From Octopus sinensis (taxonomy: Eukaryota): a DNA stretch of 64,000 bases. Made by a program: the position numbers and the translations under genes. Positions 48,502-61,599 of this stretch are shown one piece after another. Within the stretch, counting starts at the first letter, position 1, and each line of letters opens with the position of its first letter. The stretch spans positions 7,688,001 to 7,752,000 of the forward strand of contig NC_042999.1 of the NCBI RefSeq assembly GCF_006345805.1. Reading direction: 5' to 3'. Under the pieces are notes generated by a model. It searched no databases. It saw only the letters and a list, made by a program, of their open reading frames with translations, and was not told the origin of the DNA.

Positions 48502-49179
48502 ATTTATACACAACCATGCTTGCATCCAATTAATGCGCTAACCAGACAGCTATATCTAAATAATCAAATAAATAAAAAAAGGCACCTGTTTACACTTTAA
48601 CATTTGCTTGACTTTTTCTCGTTAAAGTTACCTGTTTGTGCTATATTCTTACGTTCCAGTTTATATTTCTTGTTATTTGTTAAAGGTGAAACGTGATTCT
48701 ACAGAGTTCTAAGCTTCTAAATTTAACTAGAAATTTATTAAATTAAAATGTCATCCAATGAAAACATAACAGAATAGTGTAAGCCGAGAAAAAAATACTA
48801 TATTCAATACAAAGTCTATGTTACAAAAAAGTAGGAAAACTATGCTTTATACGATTGGAGAATTTCAAAAAACAAACCAAAATAAAAAAATACTGCGTAA
48901 ATTTAAAACATTGATAATGTTTTAAAAGAAGTGATTATTAATTTAGGTGGCTCTTAATCTACGCTCTGGAATCAGTAAATAGTAAATGGGAAGGAAACAC
49001 AAGACGATAGATATTTACATGACAGATATTTGTGCTGAAATAAACCCAAGTTAATTGCTGTGCCTAAAATCAAGGACTTGGCCTGAAAACCTAAGGCTTA
49101 GCCTTAATTTGTATATGGTATTTTGTAGAGGCATGTCTACGACCACCAACGTGCTTCGCCATTTTGATATTGGTTGAAT

Positions 49180-49561
49180 GTGGAGGCGCAATGGCCCAGT
49201 GGTTAGGGCAGCGGACTCGCGGTCGTAGGATCGCGGTTTCGATTCCCAGACCGGGCGTTGTGAGTGTTTATTGAGCGAAAACACCTAAAACTTCACGAGG
49301 CTCCGGCAGGGATGGTGGTGATCCCTGCTGTACTCTTTCACCACAACTTTCTCTCACTCTTACTTCCTGTTTCTGTTGTACCCGTATTTCAAAGGGCCTG
49401 CCTTGTCACTCTCTGTGTCACGCTGAATATCCCCGAGAACTACGTTAAGGGTACACGTGTCTGTGGAGTGCTCAGCCACTTACACGTTAATTTCACGAGC
49501 AGGCTGTTCCGTTGATCGGATCAACCGGAACCCTCGTCGTCGTAACCGACGGAGTGCTTCC
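49180..49561 (+). mobile_element. SINE family B, full length
   Basis: TSD attggttgaat at 49169-49179 and 49562-49572. Confidence 0.93.
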
Positions 49562-49573
49562 ATTGGTTGAATA

Positions 49574-49791
49574 GAAGGCGGCGAGCTGGCAGAAACGTTA
49601 GCACGCCGGGCGAAATGCGTAGCCGTATTTCGTCTGCCGTTACGTTCTGAGTTCAAATTCCGCCGAGGTCGACTTTGCCTTTCATCCTTTTGGGCTTGAT
49701 AAATTTAATACCAGTTACGTGCTGGGATCGCTCTAACCGATTGGCCCCCTCCCCAAAAATTTCAGGCCTTGTGCCTAAAGCAGTAAAGAAT
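49574..49791 (+). mobile_element. SINE family A (alternative tail)
   Basis: TSD attggttgaata at 49562-49573 and 49792-49803. Confidence 0.9.
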
Positions 49792-49917
49792 ATTGGTTGA
49801 ATAATATTTGGGGTACATCTGCTTGCTGTTTCGAGTAAATTCCAGCGACAATAAAGAAACCCCTTCGTTATCTGGTTCCACCGAAGGATGATGAGATGAA
49901 AATAGCACCAGGTGGAA

Positions 49918-50251
49918 TCTTCTCTATATATAAAAGGCAGGTTGTCTGTCTGTGTGTCTGTGTGTCTGTCAAGTTGTACCCTCACCCTGACCACGGCTTT
50001 CAACCGATTCTGATGAAACTTGACACACACATAGCCCAATGTCATAATTCAAAACTAACGCAGCGAAAATTTTGAAAAGTTCCCCCAGTTCTGAAAAAAT
50101 TTTATAAATTCCGCCACTTCAAGCAGTCAACGAGACAAACATGACCAGACAACATAACCTTGGCATACTTCTGCTAATCGCGGCTGCAGCCGCAAGTCGT
50201 TGCCTATTAGGGGTTCTTACATACCCGGGCAACGTTGGGCTATGCTGCTAG
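49918..50251 (+). mobile_element. Non-autonomous Helitron, third subfamily
   Basis: A|TCTTCTCTATATATAAAA...CCCGGGCAACGTTGGG hairpin, CTATGCTG CTAG|T. Confidence 0.88.
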
Positions 50252-50835
50252 TATAAAATATTCTTTCGCAAATTATTTGAACAGATAATAATTTGTCAAT
50301 CAATGGAATTCATAGATTGAAACATCCGATAAAAAAGAAACGTAAGTCCGTTGACTAAATAATCAATAGGTATCATACACGACTATCGAATTATGCTGAA
50401 GAAACGAGAGGAGAATGATCGATGCATGTTGTAGTGTATATGAGGTTTTGAAGTTGCATATTCATCCCGTGATTTGAGATGCACACCCACGCGATCTTCA
50501 GACAAGAAATCGTGTGTGTCTGTCTCTATGTATGCGTGTATGTATTATGTGAATAAGCAAGTTGGTATGTTTGTATGTTTGTATGTATGTATAAATGTAT
50601 TTATGTATGTATGTATGTAGGATATGTATGTGTGTATGTCATTATTCAATTTATTTCACGATTTCTTGCCAATGGAGAAAGAGCCGGTTTCGAACCTAGA
50701 TCCAAAGCTCCTTCATTGGAATTTCAGTATCAACAATAGGATACTTTTGTTTGTTTGTATGTATGTATGTATGTATGTATGTATGGGCAGAGTTTTATGT
50801 TTTATGTACGCATTCTCATGCATATAGCTACATAT

Positions 50836-51375
50836 CTAGCCATGCTCATATATATTTGCATGATAAACTTCTGGAAAGTTTTTACAGATTTTTACAGTTC
50901 CAGTGATGGATTGGATCTGTAGTCTTCCAATTAGCTTTCTTCTTTCTGGTTTTGAGAAGCCTAATTTCTCAAGATTGATATTTAGGTAGTGTGTTACATA
51001 TGCAAAGGATCCAGTAATTACAGGTATAAACCTGAACTTGTAATCTGTATAGATTAACTGCAGAATCTTCAATAGTTCATCATAGGTGCTCTTTTTCACT
51101 AATCTTCAGCTTTATGCTAACATCCGCTGGGCAGCTAATTTCCACACCTGTGCACAGTTTCTCTTCTCTATCCCAAATCATTATATCAGGTCTGTTGTGC
51201 TTACATTTTATTAAGTTCTTCACTGGAACATTACACCAGTATTCCTTTTTGTTATGAGTGGCTATGGCTTCTACCATATTGTGGGTTCTTATTTCTTTGT
51301 CCTCGGATTATCCTTCCGACGGATTTCATTATAGAGTGCCCGAGCTACAACGTCATGTCTCATCGGTCGATAATA
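50836..51375 (-). pseudogene. R4/Dong-like LINE C-terminus (restriction-like endonuclease)
   Basis: RHDVVARALYNEI; HNRPDIMIWDREEK..VEISCP; KFRFIPVITG..LQIQSITGTVKI (PD-(D/E)xK-type restriction-like endonuclease). Confidence 0.85.
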
Positions 51376-51404
51376 ACGTGATGACATTTTATATATATAT
51401 ATAT

Positions 51405-51541
51405 GTACGATGTGCCTCTTTCTGTTTCCGTCCTCCAAATCCACTCACAAGGCTTTGGTCGTCCCGTGGCTATAATCAAAGGTACTTGCCAAAGATGCTG
51501 GAACCTTGTAGTTGAGAATTAAACTTCTTACCACACAGCCA
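51405..51541 (-). mobile_element. SINE family D head fragment
   Basis: tggctgtgtggtaagaagttt..accttgggc-like core, gtgagtggatttgg. Confidence 0.65.
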
Positions 51542-52305
51542 TAAATTCAAAGGTACATACAAAAATACATGCATCTATGTGTGTGTTTGGGGGGGGGGGT
51601 TATATTTGCATAAAGTAGAGAGTAAACTTTAAATCATCTGTGCTCTCTATTGTAAAATGAAGAAATTGTTCAGACAGAAATTAATGATTTAATGTCCATA
51701 CGCCATATAAGGAAAGAAATGCATATATAATAGAAAGGCAATTAAAGCTGAACCTGAGAAAACAGTTTTAACCAAAAGTTAAATATTCCAAACATTTAAT
51801 TTTGTGAGAAAGACATTGAGTGGAAACAACGAGGACTATAAAATGTTGTACAACTATTAAACTATAATTACCAGACGTTTTAGTAATAAAAGAAGAATAT
51901 TTGATATCATCTCATTTTGCTATACAAATACTGGAAATTATGTTTTCTTGTAATTTCTGCTCGCGACAATTCGTCACGGTGAACATTTATTTTTTCATAT
52001 TATAAGATTGTTAAAAATTGTAATTATTTCATAAATAAATTTCGAATATTATTTATTGTGTAGTAACCAGACAATTTTTTAAATATAAATTTATATGTAT
52101 ATCAATTCCGGGTAATAAAATCTACCTCATTTAGGTTTAGCTGAGTTAATTAGATAATTACTGGTTTTCTACTTTGCAATTTGCTGGTGAAATAACAACT
52201 TTGAGAATATATAGAGATGAAGATATTCTGCGCGTCGTTACTCAGCATACTGGAAATAGCAAGTAAATTACCCTCAAACCTCACTATAAAATAGAGAGGA
52301 ATATA

Positions 52306-52348
<43 letters not shown>

Positions 52349-52540
52349 GTGTGTATGCATGTGTGTGTAAGGTAGAACATATTTTAGTAGGGAAACACTT
52401 CAATCATGTTGAAAGAACAAAAACTTATTTTGTACAAAATTGTATAATATAATATCTTTATTATCATGGCTCTAATATACTCTTAAATCCTGTAAAACAA
52501 ATCTTGTTTTTTCCATTTTTTCTCTTTCTCTCTCTCTCTC

Positions 52541-52613
<73 letters not shown>

Positions 52614-52619
52614 AAGTGC

Positions 52620-52770
52620 AGGTATTTTTGCGTTCTAAGTAGCTTCCCAACTACATGGCTCCGGGTTCACTTGCCCTGCGTGTCACATTGGACAAGTATC
52701 TTCTACTATAGCCCTGGGCTGACCATGTGAATGGATCTGGAAGTTGGAAACTGAAAAAGACACTCGTAAA
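52620..52770 (+). mobile_element. SINE family D head fragment
   Basis: gtagcttcccaactacatggctccgggttca..gacaagtatcttctactatagcc. Confidence 0.65.
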
Positions 52771-52814
52771 AATATCTGTATCTACATAAATATATACATA
52801 CATCAAATATATAT

Positions 52815-53035
52815 ATCAGTCGCCATGATAGATCGGTAGCCACTACACACATTGTTTCTGTCTCCTTGTTTCTCTCTTTTTTTTCTCTCCTTGTTTATCT
52901 CCTTGTTTTTTTCTGTGTCCCTTTCTGTAGAAGAGCGTAGGCTCGAAACCTAAAAGACTTTTTTGTATTCCTGAGCTGTTTGTTTTTATACACCACCTGT
53001 CTCCGTCTTTTGTTTTTTTTCGTAAACTCTCCCTA
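52815..53035 (+). mobile_element. Element family P3, copy 1
   Basis: Similar to 60210-60385; (TA)n on both sides. Confidence 0.75.
52921..52956 (+). ncRNA. Minimal hammerhead variant with CUGU core
   Basis: CUUU CUGUAGA A GAGC guag GCUC GAAAC CU A AAAG. Confidence 0.5.
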
Positions 53036-54059
53036 TATATATACATATATATATGTGTAAATATGTCTGTGTGTGAGTGTGTGCACATATATAAATACGC
53101 GCACACACTTGCACACACTTGCACACTTATTTTTTTAAGAAGGTGTTGATTAGTATCGTCATTAGCGAAATAAATTGCATTTAACAAAAAAACGAGAAGC
53201 GTTAGACTCAGAACTTTGAATTCGCTTTTTAATTGGTTGCTTTTGATTAAGAAAAAATATGCAAGAGAAAAGTCGTGGGAGAAGTAAAGGGATACTGTGG
53301 GATATTGGTATCTTTTAGGAAGTTATTAATGATGGGTGGGAATTTAAGTGATGCGGCTTAACTACAACTGGAAACTGAAACAACATTATGTCCCGGCTTG
53401 CTTGGAACTTACATCTTCATTTACTGTACTTAACTCATCAATCGTTACCTATGCTATCGATCTGGCTTAGTCCGTATTTATTTTGTTTAACGTACATTGA
53501 AGATAATCTTAGAGAAATTATGAATGCCATAGCATCACACCTTTTCACCATCGAATAATTGGTGACCTGTGGTCAGCAGAGTCGAGTCAGGAATCATTTC
53601 GATCTCGTTTACCGATCGGAATTGATTTGATTAACCTTTTATAAAAATGATCGCTGCAACGGCATCACTTCTCAACTTTTAGTCAGACGCTAATAAGAAG
53701 AATTTCAAACAGATCGATACCACTGATTACGAAAGGAAACATTAGAAGAATTTATAATTCTTTGATGTTTTATTTTGTTGTATTTTTTTTCCTATTTTTT
53801 TTTTGTTCTGAATGAAATGAATATTTTATTTGACTTTACTTTCGTGGAATGACACAATTCCGTTGAATTCTGCGTAGAGTCGTGGATTTCAGGAAAGGAA
53901 CCTCACGTGTCTAAAGTGGCATATGTAATATCCACAGATTTTAGAGGAGTGTAGACATAGGAAAACAGGTTTAGAGTGAACTTGACGAGGATGGAGTTAT
54001 TTAGGAAGTGAGTTCAAATAAATTCTTTGTAAAATTACTTTCCAACTAGTAACAGACAT

Positions 54060-54065
54060 ATGCAC

Positions 54066-54105
<40 letters not shown>

Positions 54106-54255
54106 ACATACACACATACACGCACACACACACATACACGCACACACATATACACACATACACACACACACATACACGCACACACACACGCACACACACA
54201 CATATGCACACACACACATACACGCACACACGCACACACACACATACACACATAC
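54060..54255. repeat. Interrupted (CA)n microsatellite
   Basis: Direct reading. Confidence 0.95.
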
Positions 54256-54461
54256 ATGCACAAAGGTGTCCCTCAGTTTACAAAGTGCTTCTTTAGCACG
54301 GTTTCATAAGCACACACACGTATGTATGTATGTATGTATGTATGTACGTATGTATGTATGTATTTCTGAAGCACAGTGCTAGTGATACTCTTTCCTTGTC
54401 ACTTATTCAATTGATGCGTGTGCATGTGTGTGTGGTGTGTGTGTGTGTGTACAGTTTTCTC

Positions 54462-54510
54462 TCCGTCTACGTGGTGCACGTTTCGCACGGGTTTTCTTCA
54501 TCAGTATTTG
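54462..54510 (-). ncRNA. Decayed hammerhead-like motif
   Basis: CUGAUGA A G..C GAAACGUG cac CACGU A: core and 5-bp stem III present, no stem I. Confidence 0.3.
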
Positions 54511-54664
54511 TTGTTTTTCTGTCGTACGTCGGCTGTAAATTCGTCGTTTCCATTTCGCTATATTTTTCTCTTTTTTACTCCCATTAAACCTTAATCTTCG
54601 CTCGCGACGTAGATCACACTCTAAACAAAATATTCCGTTAAAATTATTTTTTAAAACATTTTTT

Positions 54665-54879
54665 ATTCTTTAATTCTTTCACTTGTTTAAGTCGTTTGAC
54701 TGCGGCCATGCTGGAGCACCGCCTTTTTAGTCGAGCAAATCGACCCCAGGACTTATTCTTTGTAAGCGTAATACTTATTCTGTCGGTCTCTTGCTGAACC
54801 GCTAAGTTATGAGGACGTAAACACAGCAGCATCGGTTGTCAGGTGCTGGGGATAAACACGGATCCACACACACACACAC

Positions 54880-54928
<49 letters not shown>

Positions 54929-55061
54929 ACGGGCTTCTTTCAGTTTCCATCTTCCAAATCCACTCACAAGGCTTTGCTCGGCCCGAGCTATAAGGTGCCA
55001 CGCAGTAGGACTGAACCCGGAACCATGTGGTTGATTAGCAAGCTACTTACCACACAGCCAC
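54665..55061 (-). mobile_element. SINE family D
   Basis: Head and tail present, internal (TA)n. Confidence 0.88.
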
Positions 55062-55094
55062 TGTTCAATAATTTCGAGAATAGAAAAGTTTGAA

Positions 55095-55250
55095 ATGTCA
55101 AAAACTGTCGATTTCTCCTTAAATGAAAATTAAGATGTTAAATCAGCTTCAAAATGGAAAAAGTGCGACAAAAGCTGTGATGTAGTTTAATTTAAAGACA
55201 CAAACTGTGAGAACGATTTAAAAGCAACGAATTAAAAAATCTGAAGCAAT
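55095..55250 (+). pseudogene. pogo/Tigger transposase N-terminal HTH relic
   Basis: ISL.MKIKMLNQLQNGKSATKAVM*FNLKTQTVRTI resembles a CENP-B-type HTH. Confidence 0.45.
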
Positions 55251-55527
55251 TTAATCGCTGGATCTTTAATAACATATCATATGTAATTTGTAACATAATG
55301 AGAAATTATTGAAAAGAAGTTTTAACCTAATATTGATTTCAAATTTTGGCACAATGCCAGCAATTCTAGGGAAAGGGGTTTAGTCGATAACATCGACCAC
55401 AATAGTCAACAGGTACTTATTTCATCATCCCGAAAAAATCCCCAATATTACCGTAGTACTACATACATACATACATACTACATACATACATACATACATA
55501 CATACATACATACACACACACATACAT

Positions 55528-55582
<55 letters not shown>

Positions 55583-55882
55583 TATATATATATATTCATA
55601 TATATATATACATAAACACACACAAACATATATAAACATATAGGAACATAAATTGAGACTAATGTTTAGTGGAAGATTTTAATTCAGAACTTATAAAAAC
55701 AAGACATTTGTACTACAGAGCCAGAGTTGGTTTCAGTCGGTTTGGTATCAAAAGGGTTAAGCATGTATAACAACAAAATAGTTAATACCACTGGTGACTG
55801 TTTCTAGAGCCCTCTCTATGATCACGCACCCAGCTAGAAACAAAGGCTAAATCTCTCTCCCAACAGACTTTACTGTTTAAAA

Positions 55883-56441
55883 CAGGGGTTCTTAACCATT
55901 TTTTTTTATCTATGGAACTCTTTGGTTACCATTTTTTTCTGTTGGATCCAATAACCATTTCATATTTAAAAGCTATTTTTATAGAAACTTCTTTCAACAT
56001 TTCTATTTTGTTTTACATACATTAACTTGTGTACTTCGAGCCATGTATGTAAAATGTTTGGGAAAAAAACCTAGGTGTTTCTTGCAATACACACCAGTAC
56101 ATACGTCCAAAGCAGGGGTTCTCCACTATTTCTTATCTATGGACCCCTTTCATTACTATTTTATTCTGGTGGACCGCCCCCGCCCCATAGTAATTTGATG
56201 CTTAAGAATTAAAACTTCTTTCAAAATTCGTATTTTGTTTTGGGTTGAACTGTGTAAAATGTTAGAGAAAGAAACCCAGCTGTTTCTTGCAATACACACC
56301 ACTACATACATCTAAAGCAAATTTTTTTCAGGGGCCCTTAATATACTATTGTGGACCCCCAATTTACTATTCTGCTGTGTGGACCCGCAAAAGTCTTATA
56401 TAGACTCTCAGGGCCATATCGAACCCGGTCGAGAAGTGCTA
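55883..56441 (+). mobile_element. hAT-like MITE with an internal ~230-bp tandem duplication
   Basis: CAGGGGTTCT at 55883 and ~56113; shared gtttcttgcaatacacacca blocks; 3' end ggtcgagaagtgct. Confidence 0.55.
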
Positions 56442-56529
56442 TTTTAAGAGATATTACATAATGTTATCGCGTTATGCAATTCCTGAATATATAAATACAG
56501 CTAATCTTTTATAATTAATTTTTCACTTA

Positions 56530-56960
56530 AATCAGTCAATGGAATGCGGCCATGCCGGGGCACCGGGTTAAGGGGGTCTGTCAAGCACAAACACTCCTTT
56601 ACTTATTTTCTAAATTAGGTACATATACTATTGGTGTATTTTGCCGAACTGCTATGTTAAGGGGCCATAAATAAACCAATACCGGCTATCAAGCAGTAGT
56701 GGGGGGGGGGGCTATGAATACGAAGACAGACTCGCATACCCATAATACACGCACACGCATACTCACACACAAACACACACATACACCAAAAAAACACACA
56801 CATATGTATACACACGATGTGCTTCCATCCAGTTTCCTTCTAACAAATTCATTGGTCGTCCCCGGGGCCATAGTTGCAGACAGATGTCCAAAGTGCCGAG
56901 CTATTGGACTGAACCAAAGACCTCTTGGTTACAATATGAGCTTCTTAACCGCACGTCCAT
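56530..56960 (-). mobile_element. Diverged SINE family D
   Basis: gcggccatgccggggcacc; ttttgccgaactgctatgtta; gtttccttctaacaaattc. Confidence 0.6.
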
Positions 56961-57639
56961 GCTTGGTAATTGAATGGTGGTTTTGATCATAGATCTGCTT
57001 CAACTCATCCGAAATATGGCTATAAAAACAACAACAACAACAGCAATAACAATGATTTCCTAAGAAATGAAAAAAATATAATTACGTTCTTGGTTGTTCT
57101 CTACGCAAAAATTATTGTTTTCATCACCAGGCAACCGCCAGCCTGTCCAATTCTTTCGTCATAGGAAAACAGCTTAACCATATTTAGATCAATGAGTTAC
57201 AGATTAATTTTACATAGCATATATTTTTCTTCTTTTGTTTTTTTTTCTAATTTCAATAATTTGCCAATAGATTATAGACAAGCTTCAGAGAATACAAATT
57301 GGCGATATAATTTCGATCCAAATATGGCGGCATTTCTCTTTTAATCTGGATTTGCACTATTTTGTAAAAGGAGTGGGGGCGGGCACAATATCAAACAAAC
57401 CCGGCACCTCTAGATAGAAAATATAAAAGCCATGTATACGCTCTTTTTATATCTTATGTTCACTTTCAAATATATATATATATCTAAATATATATGTACA
57501 CATATAAATATGCTTGCATTAATAAATACATGTATTATATTTTGCGTCTATATGTATAAATATCTTGTCATTTTGCAAGTGACCGGCTTGAAATCTACGA
57601 AGATATTAAAATGTCAGAGGAGAAAAAAACACACACATA

Positions 57640-57815
57640 ATTGCGTGCATATACACATACACTCATCTCTATACATGAATCTGTGTATATATACGTACAT
57701 ATATATACACACAGATATATGTATGCATGTATGTATATAAATATATGTACACACACATATATATTTACACATGTATTTATGTATGTCAATATCTCTCTCT
57801 CTCCATATATATATG

Positions 57816-57871
<56 letters not shown>

Positions 57872-58179
57872 CATAGACACATGCATATTATACACACACA
57901 CACACATACACATATATATTTGAAACTATTTACAGTCGAAATTTATTGATGTATACAGATAGAGAGAGAGAGAAGCCTCTACGCCCCCCCCACGCACTCA
58001 GATACATTTATAAATATATATTGTTATTTGACTGTAAGTCCTTTTAGTAATACGTACAACGGACATGGTTTTGGCTTTTATTTAATTTTTTTTCCAATAA
58101 AAGCAAATATCTAACTGGAAAGATATACCCATATACATAAAATACGATGCTCATAGGAACACTAAAACACACACGCGCT

Positions 58180-58211
<32 letters not shown>

Positions 58212-58370
58212 CACACATATATATATCTATACAGAGACATATACATATACACATAGACATATATCTATATCTATATATATGACTATATAGACATGTATAT
58301 ACATATACAAGCACACACGCATGCATACGTATAAGAGATTATATATATACATGTATATATACACACACAC

Positions 58371-58452
<82 letters not shown>

Positions 58453-58471
58453 CACATATATATATATACAC

Positions 58472-58504
<33 letters not shown>

Positions 58505-58640
58505 CGTATATGTATTATATGTACACACACGCACACACACACACACACAATAGCAGATTATATTTATATGTGTGTGTGGGCGTGTGAGTGTGCGTATACG
58601 CACACACACATACACACAAGCACACACAGACAAACCTATA
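57640..58640. repeat. TA/CA/GA low-complexity region
   Basis: Direct reading. Confidence 0.9.
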
Positions 58641-59409
58641 GTGAATATTAATTCAAAGTAGATATAAGCAAGGGAAATACAATCGTACTATACAATGCAA
58701 TAATGTTTCAGAGAGAAACAGAAAGAAAGAGAGAGAGATTGAGAGAGAGAGGGACAGACAAATTGAGAGAGAGGGAGAGAGAGGGAGAGAGAGAAATATA
58801 AGATCTGTTGATATACGTTGTTTTGGCAACATAAAGTTTAATAGCATAATTTGTCTTTACACTTGAATGGTATTCTAGTTTCGTGTTTCTTTCGCTTTTC
58901 TTTCGTTTTTATCTTGTAGGTAATATATATACAATATTTGGAGATATTACCATATTTAGTAATATTTGGTAATATTACAATATTTTAAGATCAAGGAACA
59001 AACGTAAAAGAAATACGTGAAACAATAATATTCGGGGTGTTTAGTAGAAGAAAGAAAAAAATTAGTCTCAGTAGTGCAATATTTGCCAGCAGAACAATAA
59101 GCTTTCTTTTGATTAGCCATAAGACTCTCCCTCTACAGATATATTAAAGAAGAGAAAAAGACGATTCTGTGAGATTCATGCTGGTCTTAAAAGCGAATTT
59201 TAACTACAACGCCTACTCACTTTTCTCTACGGCATTCGTCAGAGATTTAACCAGCAGCGTAACTGATGTGAATACCAAATGGGAGTTGATCGTTAATTGG
59301 TTTCAGTGCCTTAAATATCTGTTTATTTCACTGAGCGAATTTTACTTAAATTCTCTAGACAAGTACAACTGGTGTGGAGGAGATTTTTTAGAATTCTATT
59401 TTAAATCAC

Positions 59410-59935
59410 TCCAGGGGGCACTCACTAAACGAATGAAGGGCATGACTGATCTCGATTACCGGGAATGCCATAAAGCCCTGAAACTCTATTCTCTCCAACA
59501 TCGCCGCGAGCGGTACATTTGTACGATATGGAGAATATTCCACCAGCATTATCCAAACGACCTTAACATTAGCTTCAAGATTCATCCAAGGGTGGGACCA
59601 CGGGCCATACGTCCCCTGCCCAATTCAGGATCACAACATATAGGTACACTGCGATATAATTTCTTTTCCTCAACAGGCCCTGCCCTGTTTAACATTGTCC
59701 CAAAACTGATCAAAGAAGAAAAGGATCCCATCACCTTTAAACGGTGTCTGGACAGATTTCTTCAAGGAATACCCGATAAGCCACCTATCCCTGGACACAA
59801 CTCACTCAACAAGAACTCTCTACTTGAATGGACCATAATACCACAAAACTTGACTTAAAAAGGATTTAGATAATCCTATAAGGTGGTCTATTAAGTTAGA
59901 CAAGGCCTGGACTAATCTTTGGCGGAAATATCTGT
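59410..59935 (+). mobile_element. CR1/L2-group LINE 3' end
   Basis: LQGALTKRMKGMTDLDYRECHKALKLYSLQHRRERY..GPALFNIVPK..FKRCLDRFLQGIPDKP* followed by a short 3' UTR. Confidence 0.85.
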
Positions 59936-60209
59936 TTTATCCAAGTTTTAAAAGGATCTCTACAACCATGTATATCACATGAAGTGTAATTTCGATCCTT
60001 CTCTGAGATATAGCAAAACCGTAATAATTTACGTATTGCTTTATATGTTAATAAACCCTGTATAAAATAAATATAGAGGCGCGGGATTGACTATATGGTA
60101 AGTTTGCTTTCAAACCACATAGTTCTGAGTTCAGTCCCACTGCATGGAATCTTGGGTGGACCAAAGCCTTGTGTGTGGATTTGGTAGACGGAACTTGAAA
60201 GAAGCCCGT

Positions 60210-60380
60210 CGTTAGCCATTACACATTATTTTCTTTCCTTGTTTCTTTTTGTGTTCCTTTCTGTGGAAGAACGTACTCTCGAAACGTTAAAGACTCTTTC
60301 ACTTCCCGAGCGTGAAACTAATACATCTGCTTGTTGTCTACACCACCTGCTTTCGTCTTTTGTTTTTTTGTGAATTCTCC

Positions 60381-60385
<5 letters not shown>
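60210..60385 (+). mobile_element. Element family P3, copy 2
   Basis: Similar to 52815-53035. Confidence 0.75.
60257..60292 (+). ncRNA. Minimal hammerhead variant with CUGU core
   Basis: CUUU CUGUGGA A GAAC guac UCUC GAAAC GU U AAAG. Confidence 0.5.
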
Positions 60386-60460
<75 letters not shown>

Positions 60461-60694
60461 CTGTGCTTGTCCCGCACCCCCACTGGACAGCCTGTGTTGG
60501 TGTGTTTACGTTCCCGTAACTTAACGGAGCGATAGAATAAGCAACGGGCTTAAAAATATAAAAATACTGGGATGAATCCAATCAGCTAAAATTCTTCGAG
60601 GTGGTGCCCCATATGGCCGCAGTCTAATGACTGAAACAAACAGATAGAAGGATATATTGCAGCGTATATCAAATAGTTAACTGATATCAATATA

Positions 60695-61267
60695 TGGCAC
60701 AAGGCTCGAAATTCTCGGGGAGGTAGGGGTCAGTCGATTAGATCAACCCCAGTACGCAACTGGTACTTAATTTATCGACCCCGAAAGGATGAAAGGCAAA
60801 ATCGACCTTGGTGGAATTTGAACTCAGAACGTCTCCCCAGACGAAATACCTATTTCTTTACTACTCCCAAGGGGCTAAACATAGAGATGACAAACAAGGA
60901 CAGACAAACGGATTAAGTCGATTATATCGACCCCAGTGCGTAACTAGTACTTACTTTATCGACCCCGAAAGGATGAAAGGCAAAGTCCACCTCAGCGGAA
61001 TTTGAACTCAGAATGTAACGGCAGACGAAATACCTATTTCTTTATTACCCACGAGGGGCTAAACACAGAGGGGACAAACAAGGACAGACATGGGTATTAA
61101 GTCGATTACATCGACCCCAGTGCGTAACTGGTACTTAATTTATCGACCCCGAAAGGATGAAAGGCAAAGTCGACCTCGGCGGAATTTGAACTCACAACGT
61201 AACGGCAGCCGAAATACCGCTAAGCTTTTCGCCCGACGTGCTAACGATTCTGCCAGCTCGCCGCCTT
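60695..61267 (-). mobile_element. SINE family A, three units
   Basis: Cores at ~60758, 60941 and 61125; one head. Confidence 0.9.
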
Positions 61268-61599
61268 AACGAGTAACATAATAATGATAATAATAATGAT
61301 ATTAATTTCAGTTTCAGTTTTAGGCACGGGACCTAAAATTCTGTGTGATGAACCTAATCGATTAGAACGTCCCCAGAGCTCGACTGTTAATTATTTTATC
61401 GACCCCGAAAGTATGAAAGACAAAATTGATATCAGCTGTATTTGAACTCAGAACCGAAAGAGCAGGAAGCAATAAGTATTGCTATGTATTTTATCCAATT
61501 GTGTTCGCTCGCAGCGTTTTGTAATAATTACTGGTACTAGTCCTGATTTGTTTTGGTGGGAAGGGGACTGGTTAATTGCATTAGTCCCCACGATCAACT

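Larger units (their letters stand above)
60075..60640 (+). mobile_element. SINE family D split by a P3 insertion
   Basis: Head 60075-60210, tail ~60435-60640. Confidence 0.75.

Noticed and set aside
59169-59858. 229-aa ORF as an intact gene
   Set aside because: Only the part from ~59410 is recognisable, as a 5'-truncated LINE tail; the N-terminal part is chance open frame.
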